Positions 29,542-39,014 of a stretch of DNA of 64,000 bases are shown here, in pieces. Origin of the DNA: an uncultured bacterium (GTDB taxonomy: Bacteria; Bacillota; Clostridia; Lachnospirales; Lachnospiraceae). A program made the position numbers and the translations under genes. Within the stretch, counting starts at the first letter, position 1. Every line of letters starts with the position of its first letter. The stretch is taken from positions 2,567-66,566 of the forward strand of contig CANPIC010000007.1 in NCBI GenBank assembly GCA_947574055.1, given 5' to 3'. The notes under the pieces were generated by a model that was given only the letters and a program-made list of their open reading frames with translations, searched no databases and was not told the origin of the DNA.

Positions 29542-30018
29542 ATGATAAAGTCAGAAGGAAAGGATACGGACAAAAAAGTGGATATCAACGCTGCTTTAAA
29601 CGAAGTATTCGTCAAAGTTTTCAAAAATATTACCGGCATCGAAGAGCGTGCCATCCGTACGGGAGAATATCATAATGCCACGGCAAATGACATGCATGTC
29701 ATAGAAGCCATTGGTATGGGCAATCCCAGAAATATGACTTCCGTGGCCAACTCCTTGTCTGTGACCACAGGTACACTGACAATTTCCGTCAACAGCCTTG
29801 TCAAAAAGGGGTTTGTGGAACGGGTGCGGAGTGAAGAAGACCGGCGTGTGGTGCTGGTATCCCTGACGGAAAAGGGAAAGATGGTTTATAAAAAGCACCG
29901 GGAATTTCATGAAGAGCTGGTGGAGAGCATTGTCAACAGACTGGACAGAGATGAGAAGATATTGCTGGAAAAGGTATTGTCAAATCTGAACCAGTATTTC
30001 AAAGAAATGCAGAAATAA
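29542..30018 (+). CDS. fabT: MarR-family fatty-acid synthesis repressor, FabT orthologue
   Basis: F.NI..IEE, MHVIEAIG, VT.GTLT.S.N.L.KKG.VERVRSEEDRRVV, H.EFH: collinear with streptococcal FabT. Confidence 0.82.
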   Translation: MIKSEGKDTDKKVDINAALNEVFVKVFKNITGIEERAIRTGEYHNATANDMHVIEAIGMGNPRNMTSVANSLSVTTGTLTISVNSLVKKGFVERVRSEEDRRVVLVSLTEKGKMVYKKHREFHEELVESIVNRLDRDEKILLEKVLSNLNQYFKEMQK

Positions 30019-30094
30019 AGCAGGGCTGCACGAGGCAGCGCTGCTTTTCTTCGTTTTTGTTTCCCGGGCGGGCATCTGTGCATAGCGGGTGATC

Positions 30095-31891
30095 TCAGTG
30101 CAGACGGTTCCAGAGTACGGAAAAAGGGCAGGGGCCGGTTTCCAGTATCATCTGATGAAAGCGGATATCAGAGTATCCTTCCCGCCAGGCGTCCTTGGCC
30201 GCCTGCTTCAGCAGCAGAAATTCCAGATAACCTACATAATATTTGGGATAATTGGCCGGTTCCTCGACGATATAATCATAAATACTTTTTGTGATTTCCG
30301 GGTCAGAGATACCGAACTGACACAGAAGATCATGCACGTGATCATAGCCGGCGCCCTTGTAGTGGATTTGCAAATCCAAAAAGGTATAAAGGCAGAGCTG
30401 CATACTGCGGTTGATTCGCATGGCCCGGGCCACCAGGATGGCGTCTTCTCCCAGGCCCTTTTCTTTCATGTATGCTTCGCCGTACTCATAAGAGAGCATT
30501 TCCACATAAAGAGCCCATCCCTCGGTGTAGCCGCCATAGTGGAGGAGATTGCGGGCGGGATTTATGTGGTTTTGCTGTTGGCAGAGCTGATAGTATACCG
30601 TCTGATACAGGTGGCCCGGCCAGCCTTCGTGGGCAAGGGTGGTATACAGTTCCAGTCCGCAAGGGTTATCCTTCCCATTGATATAAATCGAATTTTCAGA
30701 GATATCATCAATGGGAGGTGTCAGATAAAAGGCCGGACTGCAGTAGGCTTCCAGACTGGGAGAAACCGGTTTGACTGTGCAGGCGGGAGTGGTACTTCCG
30801 GGCATGGCGGGAAAATCCGCCTGTATCCGCTGCTTCAGATCTTCTATATAGGCTTCTGCATCGTCCTGAGGAAATTCTTCCTCCGGAGCCAGGACAGGCA
30901 GAGTGGGAGAAGAATCTAAGAGGGCGGCCAGAGCGTTCGCATCGTTTTGCAGCTGGGCTATCAGCAGCCGTTCCACTTCTGCCAGAGAGCGGCTGCATCC
31001 GGTTGTGCGGGCAAACAAAGCAGCATAATATTCTTTTCCGTCAGGAAGACCTGCGAGCCCGCCTTTGTTGGTGCCGGAGCCTTTCAGCAGTAAAAGAGCA
31101 TCTCCCAGTGCTTCGTAGGCGGGCATCACACACTCCAGCAGAAGCGTCTGATTTTTTTGCAGATACAGGGCCTGCTCCCCTGGTGTCAGAAGCTGCTGAT
31201 CTGTCAGGTTTTGCAGACGCTCGGCAAAGGTGGTATTCAGAAAATGGGTGCCCGCTGCAAGCTGGCCGGCATCCATGATCTGATAACATTGTTCGATCAC
31301 TTTATCGGCGGCGCTGTCAGACATAAAGAGTCCGGCGGCGGCTTTTTCTTTTTCATAGGCGGCAAAGCCTTCCAGGTAAGCGGGGATCTGAGACAGAAGA
31401 GCCAGATAATGATCCACATCCTGTCTGGTGCGAAACGTATATTCTGCCAGCAGGATAGGGAGGGAAGACTGGATGCCGGAACCGGGAGAGAGCGGCTCGG
31501 CATAATAGGGCCACTGCTCTTCCTGCAGCCGGTCGTCCAACTGCCGGCGCAGCAGGGCCAGCAGCAGTCTGGAGTCCTGGGAGAGGAAAAGGGGGTTTAT
31601 GGAGGCAGCAGTCTTTTGGTAACAAAGAAGCCGGGCGAGTCCGGCTTCCTGACCTTCTTTGCTGTAAGGCACCAGGCAGGCAGTGTCTGCCGGTATGCCA
31701 TAGTCTTCGGGAGCGGCCAGAATGTAATGCATGCTCAACGTGTCGCTTTCCAGTTCGTCCCGAAATAGCGCATTTGTAAAATGATGGAAACGGTAGGCCT
31801 GAAAACCTGCAAACAGGCAAACTGTCAAAAAGACAGTGAGCAGCAGCGCCGCGGCCCGGCGGATATGTCGCTTGGGTAAGAATGGTTTCAT
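30095..31891 (-). CDS. DUF885 family putative metallopeptidase, N-terminal TM
   Basis: SPAFY..PP.D, TLAHEGWPGHLYQ, YTEGWALYVE, KYYVGY; start refined from the long ORF. Confidence 0.88.
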   Translation of the reverse strand: MKPFLPKRHIRRAAALLLTVFLTVCLFAGFQAYRFHHFTNALFRDELESDTLSMHYILAAPEDYGIPADTACLVPYSKEGQEAGLARLLCYQKTAASINPLFLSQDSRLLLALLRRQLDDRLQEEQWPYYAEPLSPGSGIQSSLPILLAEYTFRTRQDVDHYLALLSQIPAYLEGFAAYEKEKAAAGLFMSDSAADKVIEQCYQIMDAGQLAAGTHFLNTTFAERLQNLTDQQLLTPGEQALYLQKNQTLLLECVMPAYEALGDALLLLKGSGTNKGGLAGLPDGKEYYAALFARTTGCSRSLAEVERLLIAQLQNDANALAALLDSSPTLPVLAPEEEFPQDDAEAYIEDLKQRIQADFPAMPGSTTPACTVKPVSPSLEAYCSPAFYLTPPIDDISENSIYINGKDNPCGLELYTTLAHEGWPGHLYQTVYYQLCQQQNHINPARNLLHYGGYTEGWALYVEMLSYEYGEAYMKEKGLGEDAILVARAMRINRSMQLCLYTFLDLQIHYKGAGYDHVHDLLCQFGISDPEITKSIYDYIVEEPANYPKYYVGYLEFLLLKQAAKDAWREGYSDIRFHQMILETGPCPFSVLWNRLH

Positions 31892-32021
31892 AGATTCCAT
31901 ACCTTGTGATTCGTTAGAAAAATATATGAGAAAAGAAAGGGCATTAGCACGTTGACGGAAATGTAATTTTATTGGACAATGGAGAAAAGGATGGCAGCCA
32001 AAGGAAAAGAGAGGTGGCAGG

Positions 32022-33515
32022 ATGGAAGGGCAAATGGGAGAAAAAGTAAAATATCCGCTGAAAATGAAGATTATACTGCTGGTACTGGCGGCGATCATCC
32101 CTCTGCTGGGCATTGCCATTTATCTGATCACCGCGCTGGATAATTACCGCAGTGCCTATGACTCTATTGTCGGCAATATGACTGTGGCAAATAATTATAA
32201 TCTGGATTTTAAGGAAGAACTGGATGAGGGTATTTATAAGCTGGCAGTGGGCTACACTTCCTTTGACAGTATCCGGGACGAGGGCTACCTGGAAGATCCC
32301 TACTTACTGATCGAAGAACTGCGGGCGGATTTTACGGATCTGATGGCTATTACCACGGACCGCGAGAGCCAGGTATGGCTGGAAAGTCTGCTGCGCAACC
32401 TTGATACTCTGGAGGACCGGATAGACGATGTGCGGGCCAATGTGGAGCAGGGCGGCCGGTATGACGAAAATATGGAAATGCTGGACAATAATATCTATAT
32501 CCTCACGGAACTGATTCAGGACGATATTCAGTATTATATTTATTATCAGACCAAAAGTATTGATAATCTGACGAAGCAGCTCAATGAGCAGGCCAGTCGC
32601 TTTATCCGTCTTTGCATTGGGCTGGTCGGTGTGGTGGTAATTGTGGCGATCATAGCGTCACTTATGATCCTCAAAAGTATCACCAATCCGCTGGAGCGGC
32701 TCTGCAAAGTGACAGAGCGGATCGCCCGGGGGGAATTTACAGCCAGGGCACGGATAGATACAAAGGACGAGATCCGGGCGCTTTCTGACAGTGTGGATAA
32801 TATGGCAGAGAAGCTGCGTATCATGATCAGCCAGATCAAAGAAGACGAACGCAAGATGCGGTACGCAGAACTGCGGCTTTTGCAGGAACAGATCAACCCG
32901 CACTTTTTGTACAATACACTGGATACGGTCATCTGGCTGATCGAGGGCAATGAGCTGGAAAAGGCGGTCAACATTGTCGTATCTTTGTCGGAATTTTTCC
33001 GGCTGGTACTGAGCCGGGGACAGGATTTTATTACCATACGGGAAGAAGAAATGCATATCCGGAGTTATCTGGAGATTCAGCAGGTGCGTTATAGCGATAT
33101 CCTGAAGTTTGACATTTCCATAGACCCACAGTTGTATGGCTACCGGATTCTGAAGCTGACCCTGCAGCCGCTGGTGGAAAATTCCCTGTATCATGGCATC
33201 AAGTACAAGCGGGCGGAGGGCAGGATCGAAGTGATCGGCAGAGCGGATAATGGCCTGATCTACTTCCTTGTCCGGGATAACGGCGTGGGTATGGAGGAGG
33301 CGGAACTTGTCAAACTGCAGGAGGAGATCCAAAAACCCTGCAAGGAGACGGAAAAAGGCTTTGGCCTTGCCAATGTCAATGAACGGATTCGTATGAACTT
33401 TGGCCCCCAATATGGCATGAAGATTGACTCGGAGAAAAATAAAGGAACCTGTGTCAGCATTACAATTCCCATGGAATATATGAAACAGGCCGGGGAAGAA
33501 AGGCAGGGAGTATGA
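32022..33515 (+). CDS. Sensor histidine kinase (YesM/LytS-type, HAMP)
   Basis: Two TMs, HAMP, QINPHFLYNTLD, LQPLVEN, DNGVG, GFGLANV. Confidence 0.94.
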   Translation: MEGQMGEKVKYPLKMKIILLVLAAIIPLLGIAIYLITALDNYRSAYDSIVGNMTVANNYNLDFKEELDEGIYKLAVGYTSFDSIRDEGYLEDPYLLIEELRADFTDLMAITTDRESQVWLESLLRNLDTLEDRIDDVRANVEQGGRYDENMEMLDNNIYILTELIQDDIQYYIYYQTKSIDNLTKQLNEQASRFIRLCIGLVGVVVIVAIIASLMILKSITNPLERLCKVTERIARGEFTARARIDTKDEIRALSDSVDNMAEKLRIMISQIKEDERKMRYAELRLLQEQINPHFLYNTLDTVIWLIEGNELEKAVNIVVSLSEFFRLVLSRGQDFITIREEEMHIRSYLEIQQVRYSDILKFDISIDPQLYGYRILKLTLQPLVENSLYHGIKYKRAEGRIEVIGRADNGLIYFLVRDNGVGMEEAELVKLQEEIQKPCKETEKGFGLANVNERIRMNFGPQYGMKIDSEKNKGTCVSITIPMEYMKQAGEERQGV

Positions 33516-34552
33516 GAGGATACAGAGCAAAAAGGATGGTGGCAGCATTGGCAGCAGCCATGGCAGCGGTTTTTTTATGGGGGTGCGGTGCATTTCAGGA
33601 TATCAGGCCGCAGGCGGAGGAGGCGGCAGACGAACGTATTTATATTCAGGATAACGGGGAAATGGTGATTGTGGGATTCTCCCAGATTGGCAGTGAGTCG
33701 ATATGGCGGACGGCCAATACCAATTCCATTCAGCGCGCATTGACCAAGGAGAGAGGATATTTTCTGATTACAGATAACGCCAGACAAAAGCAGGAAAATC
33801 AGATCAAAGCGATCCGCAGGTACATTTCCCAGCGGGTGGACTATATTGTCTTGTCGCCTATCACGGAAAGCGGATGGGATACGGTACTGGAAGAGGCCAG
33901 AGAGGCCGGGATACCGGTTATACTGGCGGATCGGTGCGTGGATGCCGATGCCTCTCTCTATACGACATGGGTGGGGACGGATTCCTTTCAAGAAGGGGAG
34001 AAGGCAGGTCGGTGGCTGGAAGAGAATCTGAAAGAAAAAAACAGACTGTATGAGGATATCAATATTGTCATCCTGCAGGGGACGCCGGGCTCATCTGCGG
34101 AGAGAGGCAGGACGGAGGGATTTGCTTCTGTTGCTTCCAGATATGGGAACTGGCATATTCTGGACTGCCAGTCCGGGGATTTCACCACCGCCAAAGGCAA
34201 GGAGATCATGGAACAGTTTCTTGCCAGCTATCCGGATATTGATGTGGTGGTTTCTCAGAACGACGATATGACCTTTGGTGCGATGGAGGCCATTGCCGAG
34301 GCGGGGCTGACGATGGGAGTTGGCGGGGATATCGCGCTGATATCTTTTGACGCAGTGAAAGAGGCACTGGAACTGGTGCGAAAGGGAAAGATTAACGTAG
34401 ATATCGAGTGTAATCCGGAGCAGGGAGAATATATCCACAGGGTGATACAGAAACTGGAACAGGGGCTGGCGGTGGAGAAGGCATATGAGGTGGAAGAGAT
34501 GGTGTTTACCTACCGGAATGTGACAGAATATCTGGATAAACGGACTTATTGA
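33512..34552 (+). CDS. YtfQ-like sugar-binding lipoprotein, probable accessory sensor
   Basis: Lipobox LWGC; GFSQIGSES.WR.AN, DR, NDDM, ECNP; between kinase and regulator. Confidence 0.88.
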   Translation: MRGYRAKRMVAALAAAMAAVFLWGCGAFQDIRPQAEEAADERIYIQDNGEMVIVGFSQIGSESIWRTANTNSIQRALTKERGYFLITDNARQKQENQIKAIRRYISQRVDYIVLSPITESGWDTVLEEAREAGIPVILADRCVDADASLYTTWVGTDSFQEGEKAGRWLEENLKEKNRLYEDINIVILQGTPGSSAERGRTEGFASVASRYGNWHILDCQSGDFTTAKGKEIMEQFLASYPDIDVVVSQNDDMTFGAMEAIAEAGLTMGVGGDIALISFDAVKEALELVRKGKINVDIECNPEQGEYIHRVIQKLEQGLAVEKAYEVEEMVFTYRNVTEYLDKRTY

Positions 34553-34579
34553 GAGCCGGAGGGAGGTAAGAATAGGGAT

Positions 34580-36220
34580 ATGTTAAAAGTTTTTCTGGTA
34601 GAGGATGAGAGCATCGTCAGAGAGGGACTGCGGAACAATATTATGTGGCAGCAGTATGGGTACCGCTTTGCGGGCGAAGCAGGGGACGGAGAGATGGCGC
34701 TGCCTCTGATCCGGAAAGTGCAGCCTGATTTGCTGATTACGGATATCAAGATGCCTTTTATGGACGGTCTGGCACTGGCCAGAATCGTCAGCAGTGAATT
34801 TCCCCAGATGAAAATATTGATTATCAGCGGGTATGATGATTTTGAATATGCCAGACAGGCTATCCAGGTGGGCGTGGAACAATACCTGCTCAAACCCGTC
34901 ACCCGTTCTTCCATGCAAAAAGCGCTGATAGAAATCCGTGAAAAGATAGAGAATGAACGTGCGCAGAAAGACTACATGGGCAAATTCAAGGAAGAGATGC
35001 TGGAGTACGAGCAGTTTTCCCGGCGTAATTTTTTTGAAAAAGTGTTTGAAGGACATCTGTCTGTGCAGGAAATCTATGAACAGGCGCAGCGACTTTCGCT
35101 GGAAATGGATGCCAGGGGGTATAATCTGGCCATGGTAAGCCTGTGGGAGAAGAGGGAAATGGGAGTGCGCAGTCAGGATTCCCGGCTGGTGGCGGGCAAG
35201 CGGGAGGAACTGACCAGATATTTTCTCCGCTACCCGGAATATATGATGTTTCGCTGGAATATCAATACCTATGGCATCCTGATGAAGGGAGAAGAGGAGC
35301 AGATGGAGGAACTCAGGGCCAGATGCCGGGACAACATCGTGCGGATCTGCTCCGGTCATGACGGGGAACTGGAATGGTATCTGGCCATCGGTGATCCTGT
35401 CGGTCGGCTGAGTCTGCTTCCGCAGGTCTATAGCAAAGTCAACCATATGATGTCTTACCGGTTTCTCAAACCGGAGCAGCATATTCTGACCATGGGATCT
35501 GAACGGCTCCCGGAGAGCAGCCAGCGGGAAGAGCGGCGGGACGGTGATTGGTACGGGCTGGACGCTGCGAAGGCGGACCCGGAGATCATCAGGCATTTTC
35601 TGATGCGGGGCCAGCCGGAAGAGATTGAAGACTTTGTGGACGGTTATCTGGAAAGCTGGCAGCAGGCGCTGCAGTCCAGAATGTTCCGCGATTATCTGAT
35701 GCTGAGTATCCGCTTTACAACCATCGCTTTTGTGGAAAAACTGGGATACGAACAAAAAGAACTGTTTGCCGGCACCGGTGCTGCGGATTTGCAGCACGGC
35801 AGTCTGAAGCCGGAAGAGATGAAGCCCTACATGGAAGAATTGCTGCGCCGCTCCATCGAATTAAGCAACCGGGTCATGGACCGGCAGGGGAAGAGTCTGA
35901 TCAAAAAGGCACTGGAGTATATCGAAGAAAACTACAGAAAAGAGTCCATTTCTCTCAACGAGGTGGCCGGCGCAGTGGAAGTCAGCGCCAATTATTTCAG
36001 TACGGTATTCAGTCAGGAAATGCAGATGACATTTACCGAATATGTGACCCAGAAACGTATGGAACAGGCAAAAAGGCTTTTGCGGGGCACCGATGCCCAT
36101 ACCGGAGAGATCGCCGCGGAGGTCGGATTTCGGGACCCGCACTATTTCAGTTTTGTGTTCAAAAAGACCCAGGGCTGTACGCCGCGGGAGTACCGCAGCG
36201 CAGGAAAAGGACAGTCATAA
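34580..36220 (+). CDS. AraC-family response regulator (YesN-type)
   Basis: VEDE, TDIKMP, YLLKP receiver; C-terminal AraC HTH (YFS..FKK..G.TP.EYR). Confidence 0.94.
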   Translation: MLKVFLVEDESIVREGLRNNIMWQQYGYRFAGEAGDGEMALPLIRKVQPDLLITDIKMPFMDGLALARIVSSEFPQMKILIISGYDDFEYARQAIQVGVEQYLLKPVTRSSMQKALIEIREKIENERAQKDYMGKFKEEMLEYEQFSRRNFFEKVFEGHLSVQEIYEQAQRLSLEMDARGYNLAMVSLWEKREMGVRSQDSRLVAGKREELTRYFLRYPEYMMFRWNINTYGILMKGEEEQMEELRARCRDNIVRICSGHDGELEWYLAIGDPVGRLSLLPQVYSKVNHMMSYRFLKPEQHILTMGSERLPESSQREERRDGDWYGLDAAKADPEIIRHFLMRGQPEEIEDFVDGYLESWQQALQSRMFRDYLMLSIRFTTIAFVEKLGYEQKELFAGTGAADLQHGSLKPEEMKPYMEELLRRSIELSNRVMDRQGKSLIKKALEYIEENYRKESISLNEVAGAVEVSANYFSTVFSQEMQMTFTEYVTQKRMEQAKRLLRGTDAHTGEIAAEVGFRDPHYFSFVFKKTQGCTPREYRSAGKGQS

Positions 36221-37309
36221 TCAGGGGAAGGAGACGGCGCCGCAGGGCGCGTCGCTTCCTCCAGCCGCCAGACGCCAGGACAATTCTTCCGGCAGGACTG
36301 TCTCACCCTGTATCATCCGCAGCAGTGCGCGGGCGGCAGACTGTCCCGGCTCATGTTCTTTGTGGGACAGTGTGGTAATGCGGATGCTGCCCAGTTCGCT
36401 CATGTAACTGTTGTCAAAGGAGACGACGGAGATATCCTCTGGCACCCGCACCTTTGCATAGTGCAGTTCTCTGATCAGCCAGTAGGCAATCTCATCATTC
36501 TGGCAGATAATCGCGCTGCAAAGACTGGCATTTTTCCGCAGAAAGGCAGTCAGAAAGCCAGTGTCAGAACGTGTTTCCAGAGCCTCCAGTTCCAGGCAGG
36601 TGTACCAGAGGACCAGATCATCGAGGAGGGATATGCTGAAATCCCGCAAAGCTGCAGAGAATCCCTGATACCGCTCCGGGCCGGCGATCTCGTCCATCTG
36701 AAAGACTGCACCGATGCGGGTATGTCCCCGTCCAATCAGATATTTCCCCAGCAGATAGCCGCCATAATAATTGTCATCTTTGATATAAACAGAGGAAGAG
36801 AACGCCTTGTAATATCCGCCCAGAAAGAGAAGGGCGACCCCCTTTTTCCGCAGCCTCTCATAGAGATCAAGGTTAGGATTGGGCAGGGTGGTCTTTGTGC
36901 CCTGCACGATCAGCCCCCGGACTGCGGTGTCTGAGAGTTCTTCCAGAATCCGACGCTCTTCGGATATTCTAAAGTGGGTGGAATAGACATTGGTCTGATA
37001 GCCTTTTTCACGCAGTACAGATTTGATATCAGCCAGCAGTGCAGGCATGGTATATTCTTCTGCATTGCCTGCGATTACGGCAATGCGATTTTTCATGTAT
37101 CCCAGTCCGGTGGAATAGGAACCACTGCCACATCTTTTTTCGATCAGCCCTTCCTGTGCCAGCAACTGCAGGGCAGTCCGCACGGTCTGGCGGCTTACCT
37201 GATATTGTTTACAGAGTTCGTTTTCGGAGGGCAGTTTGTAGACCTGCCCTGTCGTTTGCAGAATCTGTTCCCGCAGCCGGTCGGCGAGGCGGATGTATTT
37301 TGCTGCCAT
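36221..37309 (-). CDS. GntR/LacI chimeric repressor, AraR-like paralogue 1
   Basis: LPSENEL..VSRQTVR.AL, GSGSY; LPNPNL; PEDISVVSFDNS; AGGAG RBS. Confidence 0.88.
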   Translation of the reverse strand: MAAKYIRLADRLREQILQTTGQVYKLPSENELCKQYQVSRQTVRTALQLLAQEGLIEKRCGSGSYSTGLGYMKNRIAVIAGNAEEYTMPALLADIKSVLREKGYQTNVYSTHFRISEERRILEELSDTAVRGLIVQGTKTTLPNPNLDLYERLRKKGVALLFLGGYYKAFSSSVYIKDDNYYGGYLLGKYLIGRGHTRIGAVFQMDEIAGPERYQGFSAALRDFSISLLDDLVLWYTCLELEALETRSDTGFLTAFLRKNASLCSAIICQNDEIAYWLIRELHYAKVRVPEDISVVSFDNSYMSELGSIRITTLSHKEHEPGQSAARALLRMIQGETVLPEELSWRLAAGGSDAPCGAVSFP

Positions 37310-37767
37310 TTCATTCTCCTGTTCCGGAACACGAAAAAACGGGTATTCCTGTTTTTGCTCTTTCCAGAGATTATAGCATAAAAAAATGCCCATGGCCGGA
37401 TTTTCTCCGGGCGGGCTCGGTGATCGGAACAGAACAGCGGAGAAAAATACCCGCCAGCCGGACAAAAAATGAACAAAATATGAACAAATCAGAAATGTCA
37501 CAAGGAAGAAAAAAGAAAAAACAGGTAATTTTATTGTGAAATAAGAGGTTAAAAAGAGCATAATTCATAAAAAATCCCCCTTTTGGTAAATAAAAATGAA
37601 CAGATAGTCAAACTTGTATTGTTTTTATATTTCGAATATTTAACCTGTATTGGATATAGTGACAAACATACAAAAACAGGAGAAACTTACATTGACTCTT
37701 TGGAAAATTTATGGAAAAATAGAACTACAAACGGTGGTAACACCGAAAAGAAAGGGAGGATATATTC

Positions 37768-38877
37768 ATGTTAAGAAAGAAATTATCAGTATTGCTTGCA
37801 GCAGCCATGGTTGCGGCAGCAGTGGTAGGCTGCGGCGGAGCAGACCAGACAGCAGCACCGGCAGATAATGCAGCGCCTGCAGAAGAAGCAGCACCGGCAG
37901 AGGATGCGGCACCGGCAGAAGATGCGGCAGCAGAAGGTGGAGAAGAAGCAGCTCCGGCGGCAAGCGGGGATGTGATCACAGTAGGTTATGCACAGGTTGG
38001 ACATGAGTCTGACTGGCGTACAGCCAATACACAGAACTATCAGGACGTATTCAGCGAAGCAAACGGTTATGAACTGAGTCTGATTGACTGTGACAACGAC
38101 AATGCGGCACAGCTGGAAGCAGTTCGTAACTTTATCACACAGCAGCTTGATTATATTATTATTGCACCGATCGAGACTGCGGGATGGGATACTGTTTTGC
38201 AGGAAGCACAGGATGCAGGTATTCCGGTTATCATCGCTGACCGTGAGATTGCTGCCGATGCTTCTTTGTATGATGCATGGGTAGGAACCAACACAAAGAA
38301 TGAAGGTATTACCGCAGGTAACTGGCTGGCTGAGTATCTGGATGGCAAAGAAGCCAATATCCTCGTGATCGAAGGTTCCGTAGGCGCTTCCGCAACACTG
38401 GGACGTTCTGAAGGCTTCAAGGAAGTAGCTGACCAGCACAGCGAGTGGAAGATTCTTGATTCTCAGTCCGGTGATTTCACACAGGATGGCGGACAGGAAG
38501 TTATGGAATCCTTCATCAAGTCCTATGAAGGACAGTTCAATGTAGTCGTATGTCACAATGACAACGAAGCATATGGTGCCATGGATGCCATGAACGCTGC
38601 AGGTATCACATATGGTGTTGACGGTGATGTGATCCTGATCTCCTTCGATGCAACACATGACGGTTTACAGTATACACTGGATGGCAAGATCAACTGTAAC
38701 GTAGAGTGTAATCCGATTCAGGCAGCAACCGTTGCTGAAGTAATCCAGAAGATGCATAACGGCGAATCCTTCGAAGCGACAACACTTGTAAATGATGAAG
38801 CATTTGTTGCACCCGGGATCGAGAGCCAGTATGCTACAACAATGACAGAAGATGTCCTGGCAGGTCGTGCTTATTAA
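37768..38877 (+). CDS. Sugar ABC substrate-binding lipoprotein, YtfQ (galactofuranose) family
   Basis: Lipobox VVGC; GYAQVGHESDWR.AN, ADR, HND, ECNP. Confidence 0.9.
   Translation: MLRKKLSVLLAAAMVAAAVVGCGGADQTAAPADNAAPAEEAAPAEDAAPAEDAAAEGGEEAAPAASGDVITVGYAQVGHESDWRTANTQNYQDVFSEANGYELSLIDCDNDNAAQLEAVRNFITQQLDYIIIAPIETAGWDTVLQEAQDAGIPVIIADREIAADASLYDAWVGTNTKNEGITAGNWLAEYLDGKEANILVIEGSVGASATLGRSEGFKEVADQHSEWKILDSQSGDFTQDGGQEVMESFIKSYEGQFNVVVCHNDNEAYGAMDAMNAAGITYGVDGDVILISFDATHDGLQYTLDGKINCNVECNPIQAATVAEVIQKMHNGESFEATTLVNDEAFVAPGIESQYATTMTEDVLAGRAY
37852..37935 (+). repeat. 18-bp tandem coding repeat (AAPAE[E/D]) in lipoprotein tether
   Basis: GC[AG]GCACCGGCAGA units, about 4.5 copies. Confidence 0.75.
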
Positions 38878-38907
38878 GAAAAAGCGCACAAACAGGCGTT
38901 GACATGT

Positions 38908-38945
38908 AGGGAGGGATTCCTGAAGGGTTCCTCCCTTATTTTATA
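38908..38945 (+). terminator. Stem-loop with T-tract after the binding-protein gene
   Basis: GGGAGGGATTC-CTGAA-GGGTTCCTCCC-TTATTTT (with G-U pairs). Confidence 0.6.
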
Positions 38946-39014
38946 AAAAAATACCCGCAATGGAACACTGCAGAACTGTAGTATGAGGGGGAAATGTAGA
39001 CAGGAGGTAGAAGG

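Noticed and set aside
31892-32119. N-terminal extensions in the ORF track (DUF885, AraR-like 37561, permease 19464, spmB 28313, AIM24 43538)
   Set aside because: Overlap neighbours or promoters; family similarity and RBS start at downstream codons
37852-37935. Tandem repeats here, at about 45940-46010 and at 1-329 as possible CRISPR or contingency loci
   Set aside because: In-frame degenerate coding repeats for flexible linkers; no spacers, no cas genes
38881-38892. AAAGCGCACAAA shared with 45702-45713, possible LacI/CcpA site
   Set aside because: Not palindromic, different relative positions, only two copies
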